A DNA stretch of 64,000 nucleotides, taken from positions 29,519 to 93,518 of the forward strand of contig JAOADT010000004.1 in the NCBI GenBank assembly GCA_026417175.1. Direction: 5' to 3'. The notes under the pieces are model-generated. The model made no database searches. It saw nothing but the letters and a program-made list of their open reading frames with translations, and was not told the origin of the DNA. Position 1 is the stretch's first letter; every line of letters starts with the position of its first letter. Source of the DNA: Deltaproteobacteria bacterium (GTDB lineage: Bacteria > Desulfobacterota > Syntrophorhabdia > Syntrophorhabdales > JANXAF01). Made by a program: the position numbers and the translations under genes. Shown here one piece after another: positions 33,346-43,408 of this stretch.

Positions 33346-36132
33346 ATGGGGAAGAAACCGAAAGAAATAAATCTTTTCGTGAATGGAAAGCGCTACAGCT
33401 TTTCTGTTGGTGAAAACAAGAACCAAGTTTCTCCGAATCATACCCTGGCCTATACGATTAGGGAAGTTATTGGATTGAAAGGAACAAAAATCTCATGCGA
33501 AAGCGGAGCTTGTGGTGCCTGTACAGTAATCATGGATGGAATCCCGGTCCTTTCTTGTATGCTTCTTACGGTTGAATGTAACGGGAAAAGCATTTTGACT
33601 ATAGAAGGACTAGAAAAAGACGGGAAACTAGATCCTGTTCAAGAGGCATTTATAAAACATTCGGCATTTCAGTGTGGATTTTGCACTCCAGGAATAATAA
33701 TGAGTTCAAAAGCTCTATTAACCCAAAACCCATCACCTTCTGATGAGGATATAAGACAAGCCCTATCCGGCCATTTTTGTAGATGCGTAAGCCACTATCA
33801 GGTCATAGACGCGGTGAAGGAAGCCTCCGGTAAAGCTGTAACAAAAAAAAGACTCCTGAGAGAAAAAACCGATAGCAAACTTAGTATCATAGGAAAAGAA
33901 ACCCACAGGACGGATGCGAAAAAAATAGTTACAGGAAAAGTTGAATATTTAAATGATCTTAGATTTGACAATCTCCTGTTTGGCAAGATTCTTAGAAGTT
34001 CTTATGCTCACGCCCTAATAAAAAAAATAGACGTATCAGAAGTAGAAAAAATGGATGGGGTAAAAGCTATCCTTACATGGGAAAATGTTCCAGATTTAAG
34101 AGGAGGTACTCCCAGATTTAAAAGAGCCCTCGATCAAAAAGTCCGGTTTGTTGGTGACGCGGTCGCTGTTGTAGCTGCAGAGAGTGAGGAACTCGCCGAG
34201 GAGGCTATCAGTAAGATAAGGGTGGATTATGAAGTGATTGATCCTGTTATTAAGCCAGAAAGTGCTTTGAAAAAAGGAGCACCTTCGCTTTATTTGGAGT
34301 TTCCGGAAAATGTGCTTCCCTCACATACCAACTTCTTTGGTCCTAAATCTCTAAAAGAACTAATTTTTGGAGACCCAGAGAAAGGTTTAAACGAGGCTGA
34401 TTGTATAATTGAAGACGAGTTTTCCTATAACGGCATTCCAAATCCCTTACCGGCTGAGTCCCCTGCTGTTATAGCTTTATGGGAAGACCCTAATCGACTC
34501 ACTCTTTGGACTTCAACTCAGGCACCTTATTTTGATAAATTGGTACTTTCTCGTATCTTCGGAAAAGAGATCAACATCCGAGTTATAAGTCCCACCTGTG
34601 GTGGAAGCTTCGGAAGCAAACTCATGTCTTGGCAATTGCAAGTTTTTGCCGCACTTCTAAGTAAGAAAACCGGGCATCCCGTTAAAGTTTCCTTGACAAA
34701 GGACGAACACCTTGCAACATTCACACTGAGGCCAGGTGTAAAGCTAAAAGGTAAAATAGGTATGAAGAAGGATGGAACCGTGACTGCCGTCTCAGGTGAT
34801 CTAATAATAGATACGGGATACTATTCATTTACCACCCAGGCACAGCTAGCTGTTGGGTTAGGGGAAGTTCAGATAATGCTCAGGTGTGAGAATTGGAATT
34901 TACGGCCAAAAATTGTGGTCACAAATAGAAATGCATCAGGAATAGTGAGAGGTTTCGGAGGACAAGAGATAAAGTGTGTTTTAATACCGCTTCTCTGTCG
35001 TGCAATGGAAAGGCTAAATATTGATCCCTTTGAATTCTTCAAAAAAAATTTTGTCAAGCCAGGTGATGGATATTACTGGAGAGATGGAAAATGGTATTCT
35101 TACAGAGGAGTAAATTACTCTAAAGCCATGGAAAAGGGGGCAACCATCTTTGGGTGGAGAAATAAGTGGAAGGGCTGGCTTAAGCCTACAAAAATAAATG
35201 GAAGCAAAAGAAGAGGGGTCGGTGTGGCAGTCCACGGCAATGCGGATGTGGGAGAGGACGTATCAGAAGCTTTTGTTTCATTACATCCAGAAGGGAGAGC
35301 TACAATTTTTTCCTGTATAACAGAACACGGCACAGGTCAGGTGAGTAACATAGTAAAAATGGTTGCCGAGGTTTTGGGCCTCAAAATAGAAGATATCAAT
35401 CTTTCACCTGCGGATTCTCTTGTTACGCCTTTTGAATTTGGTCCCGTGGGGTCAAGAGGTACATACGCCATAGGAAGCGCAACAATAGCTGCAGCTGAGA
35501 ATGCAAAACAAAAGCTTTTGAGGAAAGCTTCAAAGCTCTTTGGTGTTGATCCTGCAAAACTCGATACAAAAGATGGATTCGTTTACATTAAGGCCAATCC
35601 TCTAAAGAAAATACCTTGGCATAAGATAATCGGATGGGAAAAAACCTTATCTGGATACGGAAGATTTGAGGCAGATCATACACTCACTAATTGTATGATG
35701 AGCTTCGTTGAGGTCGAAGTGGACATTGATACGGGCGAGACCCAAATCATCGAGATTGTAAACGCGACTGACGTGGGTATGGTAATAGATCCAATGGGAC
35801 TTGAAGGTCAACTCAATGGCTGCTTGGGGTCTGCAGGAATAGATACGGCTATATTTGAGGAAACCGTGTTAGATAAAGGAACAGGAGTGATTTTGAACCC
35901 AAACATGATAGACTACAAATGGAGAACATTTGCTGAGCTCCCAGAGATAAAACACGTTGTACTTGAGACACCCTTTCCGACTCACAAGTTCCACGCAATA
36001 GGTGTAGGAGAGATTGCTACATCGCCTGGTCCTGCAGCCACATTTATGGCCATATGTAATGCGATAGGTACCTGGTTAAAAGAATATCCAGTTACTCCGG
36101 ACAAGATATTGGAGGCGGTAAAAGAAAAATGA
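33346..36132 (+). CDS. Xanthine dehydrogenase/aldehyde oxidase-family molybdenum hydroxylase, fused [2Fe-2S] + Moco-binding subunit
   Basis: N-terminal CESGACGACTV and QCGFCTPG...CRCVSHYQ (two 2Fe-2S sites), fused to an a/b-hammerhead and large Moco domain (GGSFGSK, GVGEIATSPGP); 928 aa. Confidence 0.88.
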   Translation: MGKKPKEINLFVNGKRYSFSVGENKNQVSPNHTLAYTIREVIGLKGTKISCESGACGACTVIMDGIPVLSCMLLTVECNGKSILTIEGLEKDGKLDPVQEAFIKHSAFQCGFCTPGIIMSSKALLTQNPSPSDEDIRQALSGHFCRCVSHYQVIDAVKEASGKAVTKKRLLREKTDSKLSIIGKETHRTDAKKIVTGKVEYLNDLRFDNLLFGKILRSSYAHALIKKIDVSEVEKMDGVKAILTWENVPDLRGGTPRFKRALDQKVRFVGDAVAVVAAESEELAEEAISKIRVDYEVIDPVIKPESALKKGAPSLYLEFPENVLPSHTNFFGPKSLKELIFGDPEKGLNEADCIIEDEFSYNGIPNPLPAESPAVIALWEDPNRLTLWTSTQAPYFDKLVLSRIFGKEINIRVISPTCGGSFGSKLMSWQLQVFAALLSKKTGHPVKVSLTKDEHLATFTLRPGVKLKGKIGMKKDGTVTAVSGDLIIDTGYYSFTTQAQLAVGLGEVQIMLRCENWNLRPKIVVTNRNASGIVRGFGGQEIKCVLIPLLCRAMERLNIDPFEFFKKNFVKPGDGYYWRDGKWYSYRGVNYSKAMEKGATIFGWRNKWKGWLKPTKINGSKRRGVGVAVHGNADVGEDVSEAFVSLHPEGRATIFSCITEHGTGQVSNIVKMVAEVLGLKIEDINLSPADSLVTPFEFGPVGSRGTYAIGSATIAAAENAKQKLLRKASKLFGVDPAKLDTKDGFVYIKANPLKKIPWHKIIGWEKTLSGYGRFEADHTLTNCMMSFVEVEVDIDTGETQIIEIVNATDVGMVIDPMGLEGQLNGCLGSAGIDTAIFEETVLDKGTGVILNPNMIDYKWRTFAELPEIKHVVLETPFPTHKFHAIGVGEIATSPGPAATFMAICNAIGTWLKEYPVTPDKILEAVKEK

Positions 36133-37100
36133 AAAAGTTCGAATACATTGAGGCTGAAGATCTAGAAGATCTTCTTTCCATATTATGGGATTTCAAAAAC
36201 GAAGCCAGGGTAATTGCCGGAGGGACTGACCTTTTATCCATTTTTAAGGACCAATACCTGTTATCGTATCCAAAACTGGTGGTAAACGCCAAACCTGTAA
36301 AAGAACTGGATTATGTCTACATTGAGGGCGGTATATTAAAAATTGGAGCCCTCACGAGACTATCAACACTTTTATCACACCCATTGGTCATTGAAAAATT
36401 TCCAATTATCAAAGAAGCAATAATGACTATAGCAACTCCGCAAATAAGGAACGTTGGAACTGTAGGTGGTAATCTTTGCCAGGATATAAGATGTTGGTAT
36501 TATAGATATCCTGCCAGACTTGGAGGCCCACTGATATGTTTAAGAAAGGGTGGAAAAACCTGTTTGGCCATAAGGGGTGACAATCGATACCACGCTTTGA
36601 TAGGAAAAAGGTGCTATGCCGTATGTCCTTCCGACTTGGCCATCGTACTTTGTTGTCTGAACGCAGAGATAATTGTGGTAAAAAAGAAAAATCAGAGAAA
36701 ACTTGATGTTCAGTCGCTTTATACGCCTTTAGGTCTGTCGCTTCAACCTGATGAAATTGTAAAGGAAATACAAGTGCCCTGTAACTACGGTTTTCGCCAG
36801 AGATTCATAAAATTCACAATTAGGAGACCTATAGATTTTGCAGTTCTCAGTTTAGCAGGCCAATTGAAATTTGAAAAAAAAGACTTAAGCAAGTGGATAA
36901 TAACCTTTGGGGGTATATCTTACCGACCTGAAGTAGTTGTTGTAACAAAATATTTTCAGAAAAATGAGAAAACAGTGGAAAAACTATTAGAGGAGATAGT
37001 AAGATCTGTGCTAGTTAAAGCGAAGCCACTCACGAAAAATGCTTACAAAATACCGTTACTAAAAGGTCTTTCAAGAAAACTGATTCACTCTCTTATGTAA
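36129..37100 (+). CDS. FAD-binding subunit of XDH-family enzyme with HcrB-like Cys-rich ([4Fe-4S]-type) insertion
   Basis: AGGTDLL FAD motif. GGNLCQDIRCWYYRYPARLGGPLICLRKGGKTCLAIRGDNRYHALIGKRCYAVCPSD (residues about 113-168). 323 aa, which is longer than the CoxM-type FAD-binding subunits as I recall them. ATGA-coupled to the large subunit. Confidence 0.8.
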   Translation: MKKFEYIEAEDLEDLLSILWDFKNEARVIAGGTDLLSIFKDQYLLSYPKLVVNAKPVKELDYVYIEGGILKIGALTRLSTLLSHPLVIEKFPIIKEAIMTIATPQIRNVGTVGGNLCQDIRCWYYRYPARLGGPLICLRKGGKTCLAIRGDNRYHALIGKRCYAVCPSDLAIVLCCLNAEIIVVKKKNQRKLDVQSLYTPLGLSLQPDEIVKEIQVPCNYGFRQRFIKFTIRRPIDFAVLSLAGQLKFEKKDLSKWIITFGGISYRPEVVVVTKYFQKNEKTVEKLLEEIVRSVLVKAKPLTKNAYKIPLLKGLSRKLIHSLM

Positions 37101-37773
37101 GATTAACGCCGTACTTAAGTTCTGCCTCAGATCTTCTTCCATACACAGGCAGGATATTTTGGTTTCCCTCGTTTACTCTCTCAAGTCCCAGTTTGACAAG
37201 GGTAGCCATGGGCACATGCTTAAAAAGCTCGCTCGCCATAATCACATCCTCATCAATCTTTCCTTTGATCAACTTCACTCCCGAGCCTAAAATTACACAT
37301 GGCTTCATTATCATGTCCTTAATCTCAAAGGGCTTTTTAGCTTCGTAAGAAGTAAGCCTTTCTAGTTTTCTACCATCTGAAAGATAAAGGGCGCAGAAAA
37401 CCTCCCCTTTTTTTGCATCGATCATGGGGAAAATATAAAATCCGCGCATAAATGAGAAAATCTGTGCAAGGCAATCGAGGGTTGGAACACCCACCAAAGG
37501 TATGTTAAGTCCCACTTTCATTCCTTTAAGGAACGCCAGAGCGACTCTTATCCCAGTAAACGAGCCTGGCCCTGTTGTGCACAGAAGTAATGAGAGATCG
37601 CCTGGTTTTAGGTCTTGCTTCCCTAAAAGTTCCAAAACTTCCTCCCCAATGATTTGGGAGGGGCTCTGCCTATTCTTAATCTTCCGCTCTTCAACTATTT
37701 CATCTTCTAAGGATAACGAAATACACAGATATTCCAATGAATTATCTATAGCCAGAATGTATTTATTTCCCAT
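37093..37773 (-). CDS. tsaB: tRNA t6A37 biosynthesis protein TsaB (YeaZ)
   Basis: ILAIDNSLEYLCISL and GPGSFTGIRVALAFLKG. Confidence 0.85.
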   Translation of the reverse strand: MGNKYILAIDNSLEYLCISLSLEDEIVEERKIKNRQSPSQIIGEEVLELLGKQDLKPGDLSLLLCTTGPGSFTGIRVALAFLKGMKVGLNIPLVGVPTLDCLAQIFSFMRGFYIFPMIDAKKGEVFCALYLSDGRKLERLTSYEAKKPFEIKDMIMKPCVILGSGVKLIKGKIDEDVIMASELFKHVPMATLVKLGLERVNEGNQNILPVYGRRSEAELKYGVNLT

Positions 37774-38833
37774 GAAACATTCTCATTATGTCGTTGAAAA
37801 ATGCGAGAACCATTATTCCAATAAGAACACCCATTCCGATTCTCTGTGAAACTTCAATCCACCGTGGTGAAATCCTTTTTCTGGAGACAACCTCTATCAT
37901 GTGAAAAAGGATATACCCGCCATCAAGAACTGGAATCGGTAGAAGATTTATAACAGCAAGATTGACACTTATCAGTCCAAGAAAGTAAAGGAAATTCCTT
38001 TTCCCCTCTTTTGCCTGTTTTCCAGCAACTTCCATAATCATAAGCGGCCCACCAATCTCACTTGGTGAAATAACTCCCTGCAAAAGCTTCCATATTCCTA
38101 CAAGTGTGAGAAATGTGAGGTTTACGGTTTGGTTCAAACCTTTGATTACGGCTTGGGTAAATGGCTCTTTTTTAACCATGAATTCGTCTGAGGCCGTGAT
38201 TCCTATAACTTTTCTTTTTATTTTCTCTCCGAAAACGGTTTTTGATTCGACTACTTTGGGTACAAGTACAACTTCCCTAATTCCTTTCTCATCCATTACT
38301 GTGAGAGTCACACTTTCTCCCTCTTTTTTATCATTTAAAATGCCTGTTAAATCACTCCACTCTTCTACCTTTTTTCCATCTATTGCCAGGATTTTGTCTC
38401 CTTTCTTTATTCCCGCTTCATAGGCAGGATATCCCTTTTCCACATTGCCCACCTTTGTGGTTAGAACCTTATAACCAGATGCAAGTAACAGGGAAAATAC
38501 AAAAAAGGCAAAAACGAGATTTGCCAACGGCCCAGAAAATGCAATCATAAGTTTGGTTAAAGGACTTTTATGTGAATAGGACCTCGTTACATCTTCATCT
38601 CTGAGTTCCTCTTCTGGCGATTCTCCCAGGAGTTTTACGTATCCTCCTAAAGGAAAAAGAGAAATAACATACTCCGTCTCTCCCTTTTTGTAGGTTATTA
38701 ATCTTTTGCCAAAGCCTATGGAAAAAATAAGAACCTTTACATTGGAAAGTCGAGCAAATAAAAAATGACCAAGTTCGTGAACGATTATCAAAATACTAAG
38801 TGTAACCAAACCGTAGATTATACTTTGTGCCAT
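37763..38833 (-). CDS. rseP: RIP site-2 zinc metalloprotease RseP
   Basis: HELGHFLFAR (HExxH), a PDZ segment, and LLPIPVLDGG. Confidence 0.92.
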   Translation of the reverse strand: MAQSIIYGLVTLSILIIVHELGHFLFARLSNVKVLIFSIGFGKRLITYKKGETEYVISLFPLGGYVKLLGESPEEELRDEDVTRSYSHKSPLTKLMIAFSGPLANLVFAFFVFSLLLASGYKVLTTKVGNVEKGYPAYEAGIKKGDKILAIDGKKVEEWSDLTGILNDKKEGESVTLTVMDEKGIREVVLVPKVVESKTVFGEKIKRKVIGITASDEFMVKKEPFTQAVIKGLNQTVNLTFLTLVGIWKLLQGVISPSEIGGPLMIMEVAGKQAKEGKRNFLYFLGLISVNLAVINLLPIPVLDGGYILFHMIEVVSRKRISPRWIEVSQRIGMGVLIGIMVLAFFNDIMRMFHGK

Positions 38834-38837
38834 ATGT

Positions 38838-39986
38838 CTAATATCCTTTCCTTAGTAGTTCTTCCGTGTAACCCTTAGCCCAATGATAAATCTCCCAGAC
38901 AGATTCTAAATCTAATATTATCTCTTTTTTTGGGTGTCTTTCTAAGACCCTTTCTATTATAACAGGAATATCAGTAAAACGGATCTTATTCTCCAGAAAA
39001 GCGGTTGATACCACTTCGTTTGAAGTGTTGAGGGTGATCTGCGCACTATCTCCTTCTTTTAGAGCTTCATATGCAAGTTTAAGGGCCGGAAACCTATCAA
39101 CATCCGGAGGGTAGAAGGTCAGTTTCATGGCTGAATCGATTCCTAACTTTGGTAAACTAATTGCGTGCCTTTCCTCTTGGTTTAAAGCATAGGAAATAGG
39201 TATCATCATGTCAGGATAGGCCATATACGCCATAAAAGATTCATCTATAAGCTCTAGAAGTCCATGAAGGATACTCTCTGGATGTATTAGGACTTTAATA
39301 CGATCCACGTCGAAGCCAAAAAGCCACCGCGCCTCAATTACTTCTAGACCTTTATTCATTAAGGTGGCTGAATCTAATGTTATCTTTTTGCCCATCTTCC
39401 ATATAGGGTGCTTTAGTGCGTCCGCCGGTCTCACTTTTTTTAATTGATCTTTTGAAAAATCTTTAAAAGGTCCCCCCGAAGCGGTGAGTATTATGCTTTT
39501 GACCTCGTCTCTATTCACTGTTTTTAAAAGTTGGTAAAGAGCAGAGTGCTCACTGTCAACGGGTATAAGTTTAGCTTTATATTTTTCCAGATACTCTCTA
39601 ACAATTCTACCCGCCATGACTACGCTTTCTTTATTAGCCAATGCAAGGACAGTTCCAATTTTTAGTGCTTCCATAGTGGGAATAAGTCCCGTACTTCCAG
39701 GCAGAGCATTAACAACTATATCAGGGCCTGCATGGATCATTTCTTTAAGCCCATCCAAACCTAGTAGAATTTTAAATCCTTTACCCTTAATCAGCCTTTT
39801 TTTGTTTTCATCGAATACACAAACGTATCTAGGTCTAAACCTCTCAATCTGCTCATTTAAAGTTTTTACGTTTTCTTTGCATGAAAGTCCGAGCACTTCG
39901 AATCGGTCTTTTTGCTCGTCAATAACTCTTAATGTGGCTTTTCCAATCGATCCAGTAGAGCCCAGTACGACGACTTTCTTTTTCAC
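38838..39986 (-). CDS. dxr: 1-deoxy-D-xylulose-5-phosphate reductoisomerase
   Basis: VVLGSTGSIGKATL, LANKESVV and PVDSEHSA. Confidence 0.95.
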   Translation of the reverse strand: MKKKVVVLGSTGSIGKATLRVIDEQKDRFEVLGLSCKENVKTLNEQIERFRPRYVCVFDENKKRLIKGKGFKILLGLDGLKEMIHAGPDIVVNALPGSTGLIPTMEALKIGTVLALANKESVVMAGRIVREYLEKYKAKLIPVDSEHSALYQLLKTVNRDEVKSIILTASGGPFKDFSKDQLKKVRPADALKHPIWKMGKKITLDSATLMNKGLEVIEARWLFGFDVDRIKVLIHPESILHGLLELIDESFMAYMAYPDMMIPISYALNQEERHAISLPKLGIDSAMKLTFYPPDVDRFPALKLAYEALKEGDSAQITLNTSNEVVSTAFLENKIRFTDIPVIIERVLERHPKKEIILDLESVWEIYHWAKGYTEELLRKGY

Positions 39987-39988
39987 TT

Positions 39989-40777
39989 TTAGGATCTCAA
40001 ACTAAGGATTTTATATAAAAATGGGGCTGTAAATATGAAGCTATCCATTCGATCCAAAATTCCGCCGTGTCCAGGAAAAATTTCAGAGGAATCTTTAATG
40101 CCCAAAAATCTCTTTATTATGGATTCAAATAAATCACCTATCTGACCAAGCAGGCCTAAAAAGATCCCAACAACTGTGGCCGATATCAACTCAAAACCGG
40201 TTGTCCTTGAAAGAACCAAAAATACCGCAGTGCTACCCATAACTGCCCCTCCTAAACCCTCAAAGGTTTTTCCGGGACTTATGGCCGGGCACAATTTCAT
40301 CCTTCCAAAGGTTTTTCCCACAAAATAAGCTAATATATCACTCGTCCATACAGTGAAAAGCAAAACAAGTGGGTAAATCTCCTTTAACTCTTTTAGTGCG
40401 TAAATCGAGTATAAGGGAAAAATGACAAACAAAATAATGAATAAGTTGATAACTACGGTTTTCAAAATCTCAAATGGAGAATAGCTCGCTTTCTTCTCCA
40501 AAACCGCGAATATGATGAAGATACAATTCGAAAAAAGAATCCAGAGAAGAAAACTCTCGTATCTTTTAAAATAAAGAAAGAAAAAAGAAAAGACAGAAAA
40601 AGTAAGGATCGCAGCCCTCATCTTTGGTGTAGATATTTTAGTACTTTCTAAAGCTGCCAAGACTCCGACTAAAAAGATAAACAGAAAAAAAGGGAAAAGA
40701 GGCAACACGTAAAACAAGGATATTATAATAGGTCCTATAACTACGGCCGTGACAACACGTTTTTTCAGATCACCCAC
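39989..40777 (-). CDS. cdsA: Phosphatidate cytidylyltransferase
   Basis: Membrane protein with C-terminal SIIKRFLGIKDSSEIFPGHGGILDRMDS. Confidence 0.92.
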   Translation of the reverse strand: MGDLKKRVVTAVVIGPIIISLFYVLPLFPFFLFIFLVGVLAALESTKISTPKMRAAILTFSVFSFFFLYFKRYESFLLWILFSNCIFIIFAVLEKKASYSPFEILKTVVINLFIILFVIFPLYSIYALKELKEIYPLVLLFTVWTSDILAYFVGKTFGRMKLCPAISPGKTFEGLGGAVMGSTAVFLVLSRTTGFELISATVVGIFLGLLGQIGDLFESIIKRFLGIKDSSEIFPGHGGILDRMDSFIFTAPFLYKILSLRS

Positions 40778-41501
40778 TCGAATCTTCCTTCACTGTACCA
40801 AATCTTCTTTCTCTTCTCGCATAATCAGCTAATGCTTCTAAGTATTCCTTTTTTCTAAAATCTGGCCACAAAGTATCCGTTACATATATCTCGGTATATG
40901 CCATTTGATATAAGAGAAAATTGCTAACTCTTTTTTCTCCGCTTGTTCTGATGAGGAGATCGGGATCTGGAAGATCTTTAGTGTATAGATACTTCTTAAA
41001 ACTTTGCTCATCAATGTCTTCTATTTTACCCACTTTAGCGTCCTTTAATATCTCCTTTACGGCTCGTATTATTTCGCTTCTTCCACTGTAACTTAAAGCC
41101 ACTGTGAGTGTGAGCGAGCTATTTTTATCTGTCTCTTCCATAACCCATTCAATTTTTTTTTGAATATTTTCCGGAAAATCTTCAATCTCACCTATGGCTT
41201 TAAACCTAATGTTATTTTCCATAAGTAAAGGGTAATCTTTATCCAGGTACAATTCAAGAAGTTCCAAGAGCTTTCTTACCTCGCTTTCAGGTCTATTCCA
41301 GTTTTCCTTTGAAAATGCGTAGAGCGTGAGGAATGGTATATTAAGTTCTTTTGTTGTTTTTACCACCTCTCTCACTGATTCAATTCCAGTTATATGACCT
41401 TCTATTCTCGGTAGATTTCTTAATCTTGCCCATCTGCCGTTACCATCCATGATTATAGCCACATGTCTGGGCAAGTTTTTAATCTCCATCATACCAAACA
41501 A
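40770..41501 (-). CDS. uppS: Undecaprenyl diphosphate synthase (cis-isoprenyl transferase)
   Basis: HVAIIMDGNGRWA, FSKENWNRP and RTSGEKRVSNFLLYQ. The start may be one of the internal Met codons 4-5. Confidence 0.93.
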   Translation of the reverse strand: MFGMMEIKNLPRHVAIIMDGNGRWARLRNLPRIEGHITGIESVREVVKTTKELNIPFLTLYAFSKENWNRPESEVRKLLELLELYLDKDYPLLMENNIRFKAIGEIEDFPENIQKKIEWVMEETDKNSSLTLTVALSYSGRSEIIRAVKEILKDAKVGKIEDIDEQSFKKYLYTKDLPDPDLLIRTSGEKRVSNFLLYQMAYTEIYVTDTLWPDFRKKEYLEALADYARRERRFGTVKEDSSG

Positions 41502-41504
41502 CAG

Positions 41505-42062
41505 TTAAATCTCTAAAATTTCTTTCTCCTTTTCCGCATAAGCCTTTTCCGCCATTTCTATGTATTTGTCCGTAATCTTTTGGACCGCTTCTTGCTTTTT
41601 GAAAAGATCATCCTTAGAGATGATTTTGTCCTTTTCCATTTTCTTTAACTTTTCGTTCATATCTCTTCTTATATTCCTCATGGCAACCCGAGCGTTTTCT
41701 AACATTTTCCCCCCTTGCTTTGTGAGTTCCCGCCTTCTTTCTTCTGTTAGTCTTGGCAAGATTATTCTTATAACCTTTCCGTCAGATACAGGATTCACCC
41801 CCAAGTCCGATTTTTGAATAGCTCTTTCGATCTCTCCAATTATCGATGTATCCCACGGTTGAATCACGATGGTTCTGCTGTCAGGAACAGAAAGAGAAGC
41901 TACCTGGTTTATGGGTGTAGGTTGGTTATAATAGGTGATCCGGATATCATCCAGTAAAGAGACAGATGCAACACCTGTCCTTAAACGTGAAAGATCTTTT
42001 TTGAGAGCTTCAAGAGATTTCTTTAATTTACTTTCTAGTTCTTCTATTATTTCGTCCTTCAT
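41505..42062 (-). CDS. frr: Ribosome recycling factor
   Basis: 185 aa; LSRLRTGVASVSLLD and PRLTEERRRELTK. Confidence 0.95.
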   Translation of the reverse strand: MKDEIIEELESKLKKSLEALKKDLSRLRTGVASVSLLDDIRITYYNQPTPINQVASLSVPDSRTIVIQPWDTSIIGEIERAIQKSDLGVNPVSDGKVIRIILPRLTEERRRELTKQGGKMLENARVAMRNIRRDMNEKLKKMEKDKIISKDDLFKKQEAVQKITDKYIEMAEKAYAEKEKEILEI

Positions 42063-42071
42063 GGAACCTCC

Positions 42072-42782
42072 CTAAGCTCTTATCGTTGTACCGATTGGTT
42101 CCTTCATTATAACTCTTTTGAGGTTTCCACTTACTTTTATGTTGAAGACTATAATAGGAATCTGTCTCTCCATTGCAAGAGTAAGTGCTGTTAAGTCTAA
42201 CACTCTAAGTTGCATTCTAAGTGCTTCCCAGTATGATATTTCTGAGTAAAATTTCGCGTCTTTGTAACTGAGTGGATCCTTATCAAACACACCATCCACT
42301 TTTGTTGCTTTAAGTACTGCTTCCGCTTCTATTTCCGATGCCCTAAGAACCGCTGCAGTGTCAGTTGAAAAGAAAGGATTTCCTGTTCCTCCTGCAAAAA
42401 TGACTACACGTCTCTTCTTTAAATCTTCTAAAATTCTCTCTCTGTTCCATGTATCTGTCACCTTCTCCACATTCAAAGCTCCGTATATTCTAGCTTCGAT
42501 ACCCTTTTTTTTCAAAAAACCCTCAAGTCCCAAAGCATTAATGTAGGTAGCAATCATTCCCATGTAGTCTGCCCTTTGTCTATCTACACCATGTTCTTCG
42601 GAGCTTATACCCCGTATAAAATTCCCCCCTCCCACAACTATACCTAGTTGGCAATTAATGCTTAAAATTTCCTGTATCTCGCCACATAGGCGTAACACAG
42701 TATCACTGTCCATCCCATGTTTTTTTTCGCCTGCCAGGACTTCCCCACTTAGTTTTAGAAGTACTCTTTTATACGTGTCCAT
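42072..42782 (-). CDS. pyrH: UMP kinase
   Basis: KRVLLKLSGE, VVGGGNFIRG, FAGGTGNPFFSTDTAA and TKVDGVFDKDP. Confidence 0.95.
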   Translation of the reverse strand: MDTYKRVLLKLSGEVLAGEKKHGMDSDTVLRLCGEIQEILSINCQLGIVVGGGNFIRGISSEEHGVDRQRADYMGMIATYINALGLEGFLKKKGIEARIYGALNVEKVTDTWNRERILEDLKKRRVVIFAGGTGNPFFSTDTAAVLRASEIEAEAVLKATKVDGVFDKDPLSYKDAKFYSEISYWEALRMQLRVLDLTALTLAMERQIPIIVFNIKVSGNLKRVIMKEPIGTTIRA

Positions 42783-42793
42783 TGTATACTTGG

Positions 42794-43399
42794 CTAATCC
42801 ATATCTGTCTCTCCCAGCTGAAACCTAACAAAACGACTTATCACGATCTTTTCCCCAGTCTTCATCATTAAATCATCCAAAAGATGCTTCACAGTTATCT
42901 CTGGATTTTTGATGAAAGCCTGCTCAAGAAGACAAACTTCCTGAAAATATTTTTCAAGCTTTCCTTCTGCGATCTTTTCCGCTATTTTCTCAGATTTTCC
43001 TGCCTCGATCGCTTGTTTACGGTATATTGCCTTTTCTTTTTCCACAACATCTGGAGGGACATCTTCTTTTTTAACATAAAGTGGCGATGAAGCTACGACT
43101 TGCATCGCTATATCCTTCGCAAAATCCTGAAACTCCTTGGTATTGGCGACAAAGTCAGTCTCACAGTTTATCTCTACCATCCCACCTATCTTTCCACCAG
43201 TGTGAATGTAAGCTGCTATAATCCCATCGCGCGCTTTCTTGGCCATTCTTTTCTGGATTTTAGCCAAACCCTTCTCTCTGAGATATTCAATGGCCTTCTC
43301 AAGATCGCCATTTGCGTGCTTTAAGGCCTCCTTACAATCCATGAGTCCTACACCAGTTCTCTCCCTTAGTATCTTGACTAGTTCCGCCTTTATCTCCAT
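42794..43399 (-). CDS. tsf: Elongation factor Ts (short form)
   Basis: LRERTGVGLMDCKEALKHANGDLEKAIEYLREKG and YIHTGGKIGGMVEINCETDFVA. Confidence 0.95.
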   Translation of the reverse strand: MEIKAELVKILRERTGVGLMDCKEALKHANGDLEKAIEYLREKGLAKIQKRMAKKARDGIIAAYIHTGGKIGGMVEINCETDFVANTKEFQDFAKDIAMQVVASSPLYVKKEDVPPDVVEKEKAIYRKQAIEAGKSEKIAEKIAEGKLEKYFQEVCLLEQAFIKNPEITVKHLLDDLMMKTGEKIVISRFVRFQLGETDMD

Positions 43400-43408
43400 G
43401 TTACCTCC

